Positions 1 to 11,383 of a DNA stretch of 64,000 nt are shown here, in pieces. Position numbers and translations under genes: made by a program. The notes under the pieces were generated by a model, which worked only from the letters and a program-made list of their open reading frames with translations, was not told the origin of the DNA and did not search any database. The stretch spans positions 1-64,000 of the forward strand of contig CAVXZB010000012.1 of assembly GCA_963765895.1 (NCBI GenBank). Reading direction: 5' to 3'. The DNA is from an uncultured Nitrososphaeraceae archaeon. GTDB lineage: Archaea > Thermoproteota > Nitrososphaeria > Nitrososphaerales > Nitrososphaeraceae. How positions within the stretch are numbered: position 1 is the first letter of the stretch; each line of letters begins with the position of its first letter.

Positions 1-753
1 CCATTTGTTGTCAAGCCATGTTAATTACAGATTGATGACATTAAATTGGTAGAACAAGAATTCGATTGATGTATTCATGAGACGCATTTATTTTCCATTT
101 TATCGCTAACTATCTGCTTAAATGTTTTGCATTTTATATACACTTATAAATTGAATAGAATGGTAATAAATGTCTCAAAAACGAAAAGATTAGTGTCCAC
201 ATCATTAGCATAATGATGATAACAACAGTGGTAGATCTTGCCAATTTTGATCTCAGTCAAGCTCAACAAATCACTACAGAATAGAGAACTTAAATGTGCG
301 ATCCTAATAATCCAAAACTCAACTTTGTTAATTCAACTGAATTAGAAGATGCGGTACTGCAGAATCAGTGAAAAACCAAAGGGCTTTGGATACCTCTACT
401 GCGACAACTCCATCGTCGATAACACCCTCTGCGGTGCCACAATAATAAATGTAAATTGATGATCATAATACCGGAAGTCTAGAAAGGTAAGAGTAGTCGG
501 TCAAATCCAAATTATGTATCCTCTACGCAAGTAATAATTGGAGTTTAAATTGCTGCTTCTGCAATGCTAATGACTCCTATTTTTGCAGTTGTCTACACTA
601 AGGGCTATACCATCCCCAATAAAACATATTACAATTTTACTTTGATCTCATAGAAGACTACGAATAATGACGCTATTGACTTAGACCTCCTAAAAAATAT
701 TACTATAGTGCAAACATGAAATCGCTGGTAATATTTAAACAATTGTAACCAAA

Positions 754-1708
754 GGCCATGTAGAAATCATCACAAAAATGACAATATTCGTTAGCCTGTG
801 CATGTTATAGGCTATGCATCTGAATGATAGTTCCCTGTTCTGTGTTTTTACTAGCCTTGAAGAAATATATTCTCCAAATAGTCGTTTTATGACAGACATT
901 ATGGTCTCATCCTTGTTTCGTTGATCTTACAATAGTTCGTTATATCCACGTTTCATCTGCTTTCTATATCTGCCATGTGTTCTCCATATCGGTACATGTT
1001 CATATCGAGCTGGAATAACACTGAATGCATGCAAGGTTTCTCTTACCAACTATTATTATCTTCATTATCATATCCCTTATCAGTGATGTTGATAATGGTA
1101 GAATTTCAGTGATTTGGACCATTGGTCTGAATCATTATCATGTGTCTCGTAGGTACTTGTCTTATCCTTATGTTGCAGATAATCTGTTGTAATACATCGG
1201 CTCCAATAGATAATTTCGCATATTTTCTTCTTGCTTCTATTCGTTCAATCATAATACTGTGAAGCATGAGTTATCTTGAATCCTGTTGAATCTATTCCTA
1301 CAAAGATATGCTTCGCTAGCAGCTAATTACAATGAATGACGAAATTATCTTCTCAAGCAGTGAATTGCTAATTCCTCTGTCTGTAAACTTTTGCAATGTT
1401 GTAAAATGAGGAATACGTGACAATCGTAAAGTACGATCTAAAGGGATATAATGCTCTTCGACTAACCCACTCGGACAAACATCCTATAACTCTTACCTTC
1501 GTACTGTCTTATTGTAAGTAATACTAAATGTGCCATATCGTAAATGCATGATTGTTTTTCTGTGAAGAAACAATGGTATCCTTGAATTTCTCAAAACACT
1601 AATATAGCATTAGCTAGTCCTGGACATATCTTGATTCTTTCAACATCCATATTGGATCATACGTCTAGAAAGCTCTAACGGTATTCAGAACATGGTTTCT
1701 ACAGAGCC
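754..1708 (-). mobile_element. Degenerate IS5-family (DDE_Tnp_1-type) insertion sequence
   Basis: Imperfect TIRs GGCCATGTAGAAATC (754-768) and GGTTTCTACAGAGCC (1694-1708); perfect 8-bp TSD TAACCAAA at 746-753 and 1709-1716; minus-strand remnants read RNSRIPLFLHRK, IPHFTTLQKF, IDSTGFKITHASQYY, TDKGYD, RNKDETIMSVIKRLFGE, with many stops/frameshifts. Confidence 0.88.
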
Positions 1709-1721
1709 TAACCAAATCAAG

Positions 1722-1729
1722 TTTAAATA
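1722..1729 (+). promoter_or_regulatory. Archaeal TATA box (TTTAAATA) for the downstream small gene, probably a leaderless transcript
   Basis: TTTAAATA about 23 nt before the ATG at 1752, with a purine-rich stretch upstream. Confidence 0.55.
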
Positions 1730-1751
1730 CACCTCGGAACACTCTACAATA

Positions 1752-1961
1752 ATGTTCAAGAATCAAGAAAATCGTAAATATTTGACAATGTCTTTGCTTG
1801 CAATTATAGCAGTAATGGCAGGAACTTTAGCAATAAGTCAGATTCTAGAGACAGCAATGGCCCAGACTACTGGCAATAATACAGGTAATCAGACAGGTAA
1901 CCAAACGGGACATCCTCTTGCTAAACTTGGCGCACTCAAAAACGCGATAGGCGGCAAGTAA
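1752..1961 (+). CDS. Small secreted/membrane-anchored protein with GN(N/Q)T repeats
   Basis: Start moved to ATG 1752 because the listed ORF start lies inside the IS TIR; hydrophobic N-terminus, AMA cleavage-like site, TGNNTGNQTGNQTG; followed by a T8 tract. Confidence 0.7.
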   Translation: MFKNQENRKYLTMSLLAIIAVMAGTLAISQILETAMAQTTGNNTGNQTGNQTGHPLAKLGALKNAIGGK

Positions 1962-1975
1962 AACAATTCCCTGAC

Positions 1976-1983
1976 TTTTTTTT
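1976..1983 (+). terminator. Oligo-T archaeal terminator
   Basis: Eight T residues 15 nt after the stop codon. Confidence 0.5.
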
Positions 1984-2249
1984 ATTGCTACTGCAAACAT
2001 GGCAATAACAAAAATTAGTTCAAAATAACAGTATTCATATTAATATTCTTGGTCAAACATAATTTGGATCTATGGGCCCCAAAATAATGATGATGGAATT
2101 GGAGCTACAATTGCATTCGGTCTACCAATTACAAACAAAATAGGTCGATGTAGAGTTACGGATTAACTAATCTACTACCATTAGTAGTAGAGACACAGTA
2201 TACCGCTATCTAAACTATATACGAACCTCAAATGTAATACATAAGACTA

Positions 2250-2986
2250 CTAACCTTTTTTTACTTGCTCCACTTCAGGCGATGGTAAGTCTAAGTCTTT
2301 ATGCAATCCCTTATACACGTCGGCTGCTATTAGTCCTCCAAGGATGGGAGCTACCCAGTAAATCCATTGGAAGTCAAAGTTCCAAAGAATTAGCGCAGGG
2401 CCAAAAGAACGTGCGGGGTTTAAAGATCCGCCACTTATAGAACCTCCCAATATGACATTGAATCCAAGGGTAAACCCTATTGCCACTCCGGCTAATGGCG
2501 CTATCTTATAATTTTTAGATGTAGTTGTTGCTAATACAACATATACGAGAGTAAATGTCATAACAGTTTCCAATATAAATGCTCTAGTAACATTATCATC
2601 TGCAGGAAGTGTGACACTAGCAGCCATTGCGCTTCCAAACATTGAATATACTACAGCGGCAGCGATAACAGCTCCTAATGTTTGGCACGCAATAAACAGT
2701 GCTCGCTTCTTTTCCATGAATTCTTCTTGTTACTAGCAATCCTATTGTAACAGCTGGATTAACCTGAGCTCCAGAGCGATATGCTATAGCATATATTATT
2801 GCAGTTAAAGCCAAAGCATGAACCAAACCTATTCCAATCATTCCGAGCTGCCCGAGGCCAGCTATTCCAAGCAGTTTGTTGACCCCAGAATATACAGTAG
2901 CTCGCTGAACAAATAGCGTAAACGAGGATGAATGTGCCAACAATTTCAACCAGATATTTAGTATTTGATCCAGCGGCCAATAGCAA
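2250..2986 (-). CDS. Aquaporin (MIP family), split by two +1 frameshifts that are probably sequencing artefacts
   Basis: YLVEIVGTFILV, QVNPAVT and SLNPARSFGP motifs spread over three frames; both shifts at GCTCGC (2701, 2900). Confidence 0.9.
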
Positions 2987-3619
2987 ACCTATTTTTGAGT
3001 AGGATAAAAAACCGTAGATGTCGACAGGATGTATAGTAAACAGTTGTACGTTTTAAACTAAACCTATACCAATTAAGATAAGTATACTTACATATTATTG
3101 ATGGAATAATCATATTCCTAGTACGGGAAGAGATATAGTTGTTCATTGATCAAATTTTTAATATTAGACCGTTCGAGACTCTATGTGCTATGAATATAGA
3201 TAAGCCGGCGCCATTATACAAGTGTCGACTTTGCAACATGACACTTCGTGAGTCGGAACATTTTAGCCATCTGAGGGATGTGACAAACTGACATGACAGT
3301 CCAATAATGATAGTTAAAAGCGCAGATACCTCAAAACATGATTGTGTGAACCCTTAAAATGCTCGGTGAAATGGATGCTCTTGTAGCTAATGGTAGAAGT
3401 ATGTTTGAGAATGTCCTTGTAGTCATTAGTAAATTACGATTGTACTAAATAGTTGATTAAATGTCGGAAGTATAAAGGTACTGAGATATAGAGAACTATG
3501 TCCGCAGGTATTCCTAAATCTTGATAAGACGATTGATATCAGTTATATTCAAGCTATTAACAATGCAGTGCCGACTTCCTGACAATAATAAATATACGAG
3601 ATGATGTGAATAAGATTCT

Positions 3620-5109
3620 ATGAATTCCAGTATCAACAGAGCCTTAATATTTCAAGGAGGAGGTTCGCTTGGCGCATATGAAGCCGGCACTTACAAAGCT
3701 ATCTATGAGGATCTTTCAGCATACTTTAGAACAGTAGGCAGGGAAAGCGAGCCAATATTTCATATCGTATCCGGAACATCAATAGGCGCGATAAATGCTC
3801 GCTTTATTAGTTAGCTATGTAAAGGAAAATAAAACATGGGAGGGATCTGGTGAAAGACTTGTCGAATTTTGGGAATATGTTTCTACACAACCATCTGTTG
3901 AAAACATACCATACTTTACAAATTATTGGGATTCTTGGCGTGGATTAGATAGACGAATTGCTTCAGGAGAATCTGCCAGAAGATATTTTAGCACTAAGGA
4001 ATTTATTTTTAAAGGAGTGCCCAACGTGTTTATACCAAAGATACCTCTGTCAGACAATAGATTTTTTGATCCTTCAAATACGTGGTATGTCTATGACAAT
4101 AGACCATTAAAAGAAAGCTTGGAAAAGTTTGCCAAGTTTCCTATTTCTACAAGCTTCGAGAATAATGAACCAAGACTCTTGCTAGTTGCTGTGGATGTAC
4201 AGGATCTTACTCCTGTAGTTTTCGATAGCTACGAAAAAGAGGATGGAAGAAGAAAATCAGAATACGGTAGATACGGTAGGTTGAAATATGTAGCTTCGGC
4301 AAAGGATCAGAATGCTGAACAATTTGAACACGTTATAAGATATGACGATGGCATCATAGCAGACTTTGTCTTAGCAAGCTGTTCAGTTCCGGTAAATTAT
4401 GATTATACTCGACTAAAAGTTGAAACTCGTGGCTTGGCCGGGAGAGGACAAGGTGACAATGCAGATACTGGAGATAGTAATAGTCCTTCTTCTTCTCCTC
4501 TTTCGAATGGCAATATCAGTTTGCGCAGTTTTTGGGACGGTGGACTATTAGCTAATACACCGCTAAGGCAGACCATACTTGCTCACAGAGATTATTGGCA
4601 CAGAGTGAGGAAAGAGGAAGAGAATATACCTAGACTGAGATACGGTATAATAAATCTTCATCCTGCTAAACAAGATTATCTTCCTTCTGACTATGACGGT
4701 GTCGTTGACAGAAAGAATGACATTATATTTCATGACAGAACAGAATTTGATGAAAATGTTGCAGTCCTTATGTCTGATTTCATAAGGTTGGCCAAGTCTC
4801 TAATTAAATTAGCCGAAGAGAAGGGTGTAAGTAAAGAGGCAGTACGAGAGATATTGAAGGAAGAAACCAAGGCTGTTTATCTTGCAACTGGCAAGCATTG
4901 GAAGTACCGAGGACTTGCTAAAGGCTAATGTAGATGTTGATTTTGTTGTTCGTTTGGAACGAAAGAATGACAGTCATACTATTTCAAATAAGACATTTGA
5001 CTTTTCAAAAACTACAATCCGACATCTAATTCAAGATGGATACAAGGAGAGTAAGGAACAGATGAAAGTAGTAATTGCTAGGTTAAGAAGTGAAGCAATT
5101 GGCAAATAG
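3620..5109 (+). CDS. Patatin-like phospholipase, two +1 frameshifts
   Basis: FQGGGSLGAYEAG, GTSIG nucleophile elbow, WDGG catalytic Asp, C-terminal SNKTFDFS; shifts near 3800 and 4907. Confidence 0.88.
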
Positions 5110-5470
5110 TTTTACAACATCTACAATTCCTATTTTGTTGATAGCCTAGCCTATAAACGACCGTATGATAGACTCTGGGAAGGCTCTTCTGTTTTAGGCA
5201 TTTGGTATCATAAGTTCTTAACTGTTTTTTCATTGAAAATATTCTCCTTCCATTGGTTTGGCGTTACATGCTTTGAGTTTGATCACGGACGAAGAACTGA
5301 GAGAAATTACTGCCGGAACTCGTCCTGGTCCATAAGAGAATGACGGATGGGATTTGTTAGCTGCAAGATGTTAGTACAATAAACGGCTAGTCTAGTTTGA
5401 TCTACTTTGCTGTATAATGCCGGCAAAGCAAGAACTCAAACGTTGACACTGAACGTATCATGTCCAGCAT

Positions 5471-5905
5471 ATGTTCGGATCCAATCCAACGGGTGTGTGG
5501 GCACAAGGCAGCGCATATACCAAAGGATACAAAGACGCATTATGTGACGCGGTATCATGTAATGGACATGGATACGAACCAAGCTGTCCAGGTGATCATA
5601 GTAGTGAATACTGTAATAATTATAGAGATGGGTATGCCGCAGGATGGGATGCTTCAACGAATGCTAATAATAATGGACAACAACCACCTATGAACTCTCC
5701 ACCACCTCCGTTCTCACAAGCACCAAATCAGGGTCAAGGCGCAGCCAATGGCGGCAATAACATCAACGGAAATAACAATACAATCAATCAACTACAATTA
5801 CAACAAGAACAATCTGGCAATGGAAATAGTGGCAATGGCGGCAATGGTGATAACAGGGTCAACTACCTCAATGCAAAGCCTTCTGCACAGGAGTTCAGTA
5901 AGTAG
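5471..5905 (+). CDS. Cys-containing secreted-type protein with YxxGY repeats and a Gly/Asn-rich tail (5' end probably damaged)
   Basis: VWAQ signal end, AYTKGYKD...C...C...CPGDHSSEYC...YRDGYAAGW, low-complexity C-terminus. Confidence 0.6.
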   Translation: MFGSNPTGVWAQGSAYTKGYKDALCDAVSCNGHGYEPSCPGDHSSEYCNNYRDGYAAGWDASTNANNNGQQPPMNSPPPPFSQAPNQGQGAANGGNNINGNNNTINQLQLQQEQSGNGNSGNGGNGDNRVNYLNAKPSAQEFSK

Positions 5906-6040
5906 TGAGCAGCGGAGATGTCATCTCACTAACACTCATCAGTATGTCGGCATTGTTCTAACCTTGCTAATCAGTCCGGTACGTAGAGATACTTATTGTA
6001 TTGGTTTTCATGAAGGCTGTTGGATGGAGTTCGTTAGAAG

Positions 6041-6493
6041 TTGAGAATGTTTCAAGCGCTCTGTCAATTCTGCGCCGCAATTGCCATTCTAGTAATGGTA
6101 GGCGCGCCAAGTGCGTTTGCACAACTGGGAGCTCCACACTCTAAGAATCCACAAGCTCCCTATCAATCAGGTTTCAAATGGGGTGTCCCTGATGTAAAAG
6201 ATCCTTGCAAGCCAGACTGTCGTAATGTGTATATCTTTCAACCAGGTAAGACTTTTTACTTCCATACAAAAGAATTCATTCAGGGGTATATGAGAGGATT
6301 TTGTTCAGCGGGTGGACCAGATGTAGGAGGAATGGACGAGAATGAAGCATCATTTGATTGTGATAAAACCCTTAAAGATCCAGAGTTAACTGACTGGTAT
6401 ATATGCGGAGGTTGGCCATCAAATCATGGTTGGGATTATCGTGATTGTCCGCAGCCAACGTCAAGAGCGAATGCGACTAGCTTGACAGATTAG
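6041..6493 (+). CDS. Secreted Cys-rich protein (YQSGF family), paralogue of 7029-7412
   Basis: Signal peptide ending GAPSAFA; YQSGFxxGV...C...C..YI.QPG..F....EFIQGY..GFC...SFDC. Confidence 0.75.
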   Translation: MRMFQALCQFCAAIAILVMVGAPSAFAQLGAPHSKNPQAPYQSGFKWGVPDVKDPCKPDCRNVYIFQPGKTFYFHTKEFIQGYMRGFCSAGGPDVGGMDENEASFDCDKTLKDPELTDWYICGGWPSNHGWDYRDCPQPTSRANATSLTD

Positions 6494-6806
6494 GTGTTGT
6501 TCTAATCTGCATAGACGTCCCATGGCCGCAATAGACGGACGGTCCTGTGGTTCCTTTCGGGCACTTTTTCGTGGTATGTGCTAACCCGTCATGTCTGTAT
6601 CCATACCTAGAGCCAGGAACGGCATAGTATGGCGTAACGCCTGCTAATGGACTCGAGGCCATGTCCCTCCAATGGCCTACTAGAGTGCCGTCGGCATAAG
6701 CTCTGATTTCTACGCCTGTGGGATTTGACCATGAACCAATGTTTTGTTTGACTATTTTGATACTATTTATAGATATCACCAAGAAGTTGACAGAAATAAA
6801 GTTCAT
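6477..6806 (-). pseudogene. C-terminal fragment of an extracellular beta-rich protein
   Basis: WSNPTGVEIRAYADGTLVGHWRD reads protein-like; no convincing N-terminus. Confidence 0.35.
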
Positions 6807-7028
6807 CTCCAGTCTTAATGGTTTTACCTATCAATAGAATCAGCTAGTCCACTATGATGGTTTGGGTCACTCCAATACTCCTTGTCCTTAGCATACTGGC
6901 TTTTAGCTTGATGGAAGTGTTCATCGCATAGTCTGACATAGGTTTTTTCCACAGTAAGCATGTCGTTTCACTTTATTCTATGAACAATTTAATGCCTGGC
7001 TTGGTTAGGACAGCCTTGTGATCGTGGG

Positions 7029-7412
7029 CTAATCGGCGGGGTGTATCGTAGGAATTAACCTACCCCATTGATCATAAACGCGTGGATATAGCCCACCAGA
7101 CTCATACCAACTAGCAGAGTTTGGACCTTCTATACAATCAAAGCTACCCTCGTCTGCATCACTTCCACTCTGATTATTCGCAGGTATACTACACCAGCCG
7201 TTGACATAGCCTTTTATGAACTCCCATGAAAGAAATTTAAAACCATGTCCAGGCTCTAGGATATACCAATGACATCCGTTTGGACCAGAACATTTATCCT
7301 TCCAATCGATTACTCCATGTTCAAATCCTGACTGATATTCACTTAACGCAAAGACACTTGGCGCGCCCATCAAGAGCACAATACTGATCACTGCTGCAAT
7401 TATGGTCTTCAT
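7029..7412 (-). CDS. Secreted Cys-rich protein (YQSGF family), paralogue of 6041-6493
   Basis: Signal peptide ending GAPSVFA; same Cys/aromatic pattern as 6041-6493. Confidence 0.78.
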   Translation of the reverse strand: MKTIIAAVISIVLLMGAPSVFALSEYQSGFEHGVIDWKDKCSGPNGCHWYILEPGHGFKFLSWEFIKGYVNGWCSIPANNQSGSDADEGSFDCIEGPNSASWYESGGLYPRVYDQWGRLIPTIHPAD

Positions 7413-7643
7413 CTCAATTGGCCTGTTATAGCTGCCGGTAACATTACTACTGTTGAAATGGCAAATCTGGTTACCACATCTATATACATAGCATTAACGC
7501 TTGTAGTTGAATTTACTGCATCTTCCATATAGAAGAAGATTCTAATTGCAGTTGAGTAGAAACGAAGTGCCATTTCGTTGTCAAGGCCTGTAATTATAGG
7601 TGAAACAGTGTTCGATAGTGTGGGACAATGTACCCATCTACTA

Positions 7644-7992
7644 TTACGAGTGACTCATGCGGACGATCTCATCTCTTTCTCCATGTCTAAAGTATTCACA
7701 GTTTGGTAAAATGAAGCCGATAACGCTAAAGCTCATGTACACTTGGTGACTATATCCAGTTGGAAATTGATCTCCCGGCATATTAAGGCTAGCTGACTGG
7801 GATTGTGAATTGGGACTATACTTGGTATGGACAACAACGAAATAGCCCTCCACCATTTCCACAATCACAATCACAATCACCTTCTTCGGATTGGACGCTA
7901 ACTGTTAGACCAGTAAATGTACCTTTCGGAGACGCGACTATACATATATCTATTAAGGGACCTTTTGGTTATACAAACTTTCGTAACATTCC
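7644..7992. pseudogene. Secreted-protein gene apparently broken by a local inversion
   Basis: Plus strand WTLTVRPVNVPFGDATIHISIKGPFGYTNFRNIP; minus strand PNSQSQSASLNMPGDQFPTGY...LPNCEYF. Confidence 0.4.
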
Positions 7993-8922
7993 TATGTGCT
8001 ATGGGTAGAATATGCAGACCCTAGCGCATCAGATGGTAACACCTATCTAATGTTCAAAATATCAGACAAGGACAACTACGACGCAGTGAACTCGATGTTT
8101 GTAAAACATACGTCGACAACGATACCAGATAGCTCGCTGTTATATCCGTCTAGGCTTAGGTGCAGAAATGTTAGGATGTGTAAGACTGTCCCAGCAGTCT
8201 AGGCAAAACTCTCCATTATCCTGAAAGATAACTACTTCCCCTTTCTTACATTTTTTACATTCAAAACTTGAATTAATTGGATTGCTCATATTCTAGCTGA
8301 GTCGAGGGAGTTTAAAAGTACATTGCATGCTTTCCTGTAGTTGATTTGATTAATCCCTACAACAGTCATTTTATACTAGGTAAAAGGAATAGCACAGACG
8401 ATTCAAATTAGGATAATTGATTAAGATCGCTATAAAATTATCTACTTGACTATGCAATTTTTAACATGGTAGACAATTATTAGAACAATACGATTAATTA
8501 ATTATTATAATACAATACGCAAAATTCAACATACTAAACTTGGATAATATAGTGATATCTTAGTTGATATTGATCATATTATCATATCATTAGTAGATTG
8601 ATTGTCCAAATATTAGTCGAATTAATAATGTATATAGGAACAGCTTATCTGATAGACAGATCAGTATATTGAGTTGATTTAGTCTAAATTTGAGATCAAG
8701 ACAGACGATAGATATTTCATTATATTTGTAGTTCTTGCAAATCCTCTGCCTGCAGTAAATATAATATCTATAGTCATTTCTATATCTAGTCTACCTAATC
8801 ACTTTTCAATCTGGCCAAAAAAGTGAGTCTTATATTATACGGTACACTTACAAAATTTCTAACACATTACCTAAATCTATCGAGTTAGATAGAATAGTAC
8901 AAAATAGCAAAGAGATGTAGTC

Positions 8923-10156
8923 TCATCCGAATGTAAAAGTGTATAGCTGAAGTCCTTTTCCTTTCACATTAATAATTATTGAATGTACCCCATAGCTATC
9001 ATGCAAAGCCAAATTATACAATCTTTGACCATTTAATATGAATTTGCCATCTTTGTTTAAATCTGTACCAATCGATTTTATTGGGATCTTTGAATTACCA
9101 TCCTCAGTAACTGTTCCAGTTTGCCCTTTTCCTGACGCTACTATATTGACAGCCTTGGCATAATATGTTAGGATTATGCTCCCACTATTACCCTGAAGTT
9201 CTATATTGTCACGATTGTTTTTCCATTGACCATCTAAATATACAATATTAGGCTGTAAATTAGTATTTGAAGGAATAGTGTATGTTACGGTTTGTTCTGG
9301 CTCAAAGTTTTGACTATTACCTAAAGGAGATCTTGCATAACTATATCCAAGGTATAGTTCAGGCGTAGTTTGCTTCGATAAATCAATATATTGAAGACTC
9401 TTTGAATTGATTGTTGATGCTGTTTTAGTGCTAAAGCTTATTTGTTTAAGGCCGTCAAGAGCTGCCTCTTTCTGCAAGCAGGGATTGAATTGTCTTCTCA
9501 GTTTCAGCATATCCGCCCTCACCTATATGGTCTTCTCTTATATATCCTTGTGCATCTATGAGGTAATGTCTTGGCCAATATTGATTTCCGTACGCATTCC
9601 ATGTACCAAGATTATTATCTAACACGACAGGATACATAATTCCAAATTTTTGAACTGCAGTTTTCACGTTGTCATAATTCTTTTCAAATTCAAACTCTGG
9701 AGAATGCACTCCAATTATTACAAATCCTTTGTCAGCATATTTTGAGTACCAATCATTCAGGTAAGGTATTGTTCTAATGCAATTGATACAACTATATGTC
9801 CAAAAATCTATTAGTACTACTTTACCCTTATAATTTGCAAGATGTATTGGTTGATTGTTGTTTGGGATGTTGAGATAACCAGAGATCTGTGTCAGATCGG
9901 GTGCTTTTTGAAACTGTGATTTATCAATATTCGTGAATTTATTCTTATCAAGGTTTATTGTTATGATATTTCCATTCTTTGAGGTTGCCACAGAAATGGC
10001 TTTATCTATTTTTTGTTGTTGTATTATAGAGGACGATTTATTAAATGATGGATTATTAAAATAGATGGCAAAACCTACAATTAAGGTTACAACAGCAATT
10101 GCCATTATTGCCGCGCTTATATTATCCTTATTTTTGAAAAAAGTCTGCTTAGTCAT
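8923..10156 (-). CDS. Membrane-anchored TlpA-type redoxin with DipZ-like C-terminal domain (one +1 frameshift near 9466)
   Basis: N-terminal TM helix, GKVVLIDFWTYSCINC, GVHSPEFEFEK, YWPRHYLID, then TPELYLGY...GLQLYTFTFG. Confidence 0.9.
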
Positions 10157-10223
10157 TATCCTCAGAACATCTCCTACTACAATAGCTGTATCCTATCTTT
10201 GACTGTGATAGATTGAAGCATCA

Positions 10224-11099
10224 TCATGGTGATCCCTCCAATTTAATTAACTGATCAGCAAGTGGTATATTGGATAGCAAAGTCAATTGATTTGTGAACA
10301 GGAGTATACCTACTATTATCAATATACTACCCATAACTAAATTAAAGTATTTCAGATGTTTTACCATTTTTCTAATTATTCCTGTAGCCTGAGAGAAAAA
10401 TGCTCCGGTAATTAAAAATGGTATTCCCAAACCCAGGGAGTATGCCAATAATGAGTTATATGCTGCTCCTGGTTGCGTAGCAGCTAATGCAAAAGTACTC
10501 CCTAATATAGGACCTACACATGGAGTCCATCCTGCTGCAAATGCGGCTCCAAATACGAATGATGTGATATAGCTTGTCTTAAATCTAGGTAGCTTAGTCA
10601 TCTTCTTTTCAAAATTTAGGTTTCTTAGTTTTGTTGAAAGTATTAAATATGCTCCAAATCCTATGATCACAACTCCTCCAATGAATGTTAATGAGTGCTG
10701 AAAACCATTAGCTCCAACAGTTGATACAAGTACACTATTTAGTATTACTCCCAGTACTGCAAATATCAAAGAAAAACCAAGGACGAAATAAACCGTATTA
10801 AGAAATATGTTAAGTCTTGTTCGCCTTCCAAGCGTTAGCGTTGGTGATGATGATTTTATTGTGCTATTATTGGTTGTCGTTGTTGTAATTCTTGCAGTTC
10901 CCCCAGCTCTGTTTTCATCAATATTGGTTATTGTAGAAGTACGATTATTGTCATCGTTCTTTTCTAAACCTTTAGCTTCGTTAGCAGCTGAACCTGAGAG
11001 ATATGATATAAATCCAGGTAATATTGGAAGTATGCATGGAGAGAGAAATGAGGCTAAACCAGCAGCTGCTGATACGATTATGTTTGCTTCATTTATCAT
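10224..11099 (-). CDS. ccdA: CcdA/DsbD transmembrane disulfide transporter
   Basis: AGLASFLSPCILP and GWTPCVGPILG Cys motifs, several TM segments, adjacent to the redoxin. Confidence 0.92.
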   Translation of the reverse strand: MINEANIIVSAAAGLASFLSPCILPILPGFISYLSGSAANEAKGLEKNDDNNRTSTITNIDENRAGGTARITTTTTNNSTIKSSSPTLTLGRRTRLNIFLNTVYFVLGFSLIFAVLGVILNSVLVSTVGANGFQHSLTFIGGVVIIGFGAYLILSTKLRNLNFEKKMTKLPRFKTSYITSFVFGAAFAAGWTPCVGPILGSTFALAATQPGAAYNSLLAYSLGLGIPFLITGAFFSQATGIIRKMVKHLKYFNLVMGSILIIVGILLFTNQLTLLSNIPLADQLIKLEGSP

Positions 11100-11383
11100 T
11101 TCTACTATTAATCAGCTCCTGATATAATGATCCTAAACAGAAAGAATAAAGGCTGTCATTATCCATCAGGAAAAGTTGGCCTTATTAATATTAATACTTA
11201 TTTCCAATTATATTCCAGATTATTTCCGGATGGTTAACAGCCAAATTACTTAAATTTCATCTTTTTGATCAGTTCAGGTTATGTTAAATTTGTAAGTGAC
11301 ATTTAGCAGTAATATTAAACGACATAGAAGAATAACATTTTCAAGATTCGAATGTGTTAAAAATATTTATGGAAGAACAATTT

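Noticed and set aside
160-460. Possible decayed small secreted-protein gene (MCDPNNPKLNFVNSTE)
   Set aside because: Too fragmented to define boundaries or product
1692-1751. N-terminal 20 aa of ORF 1692-1961
   Set aside because: Lies in the IS terminal repeat, TSD and promoter; ATG 1752 is the better start
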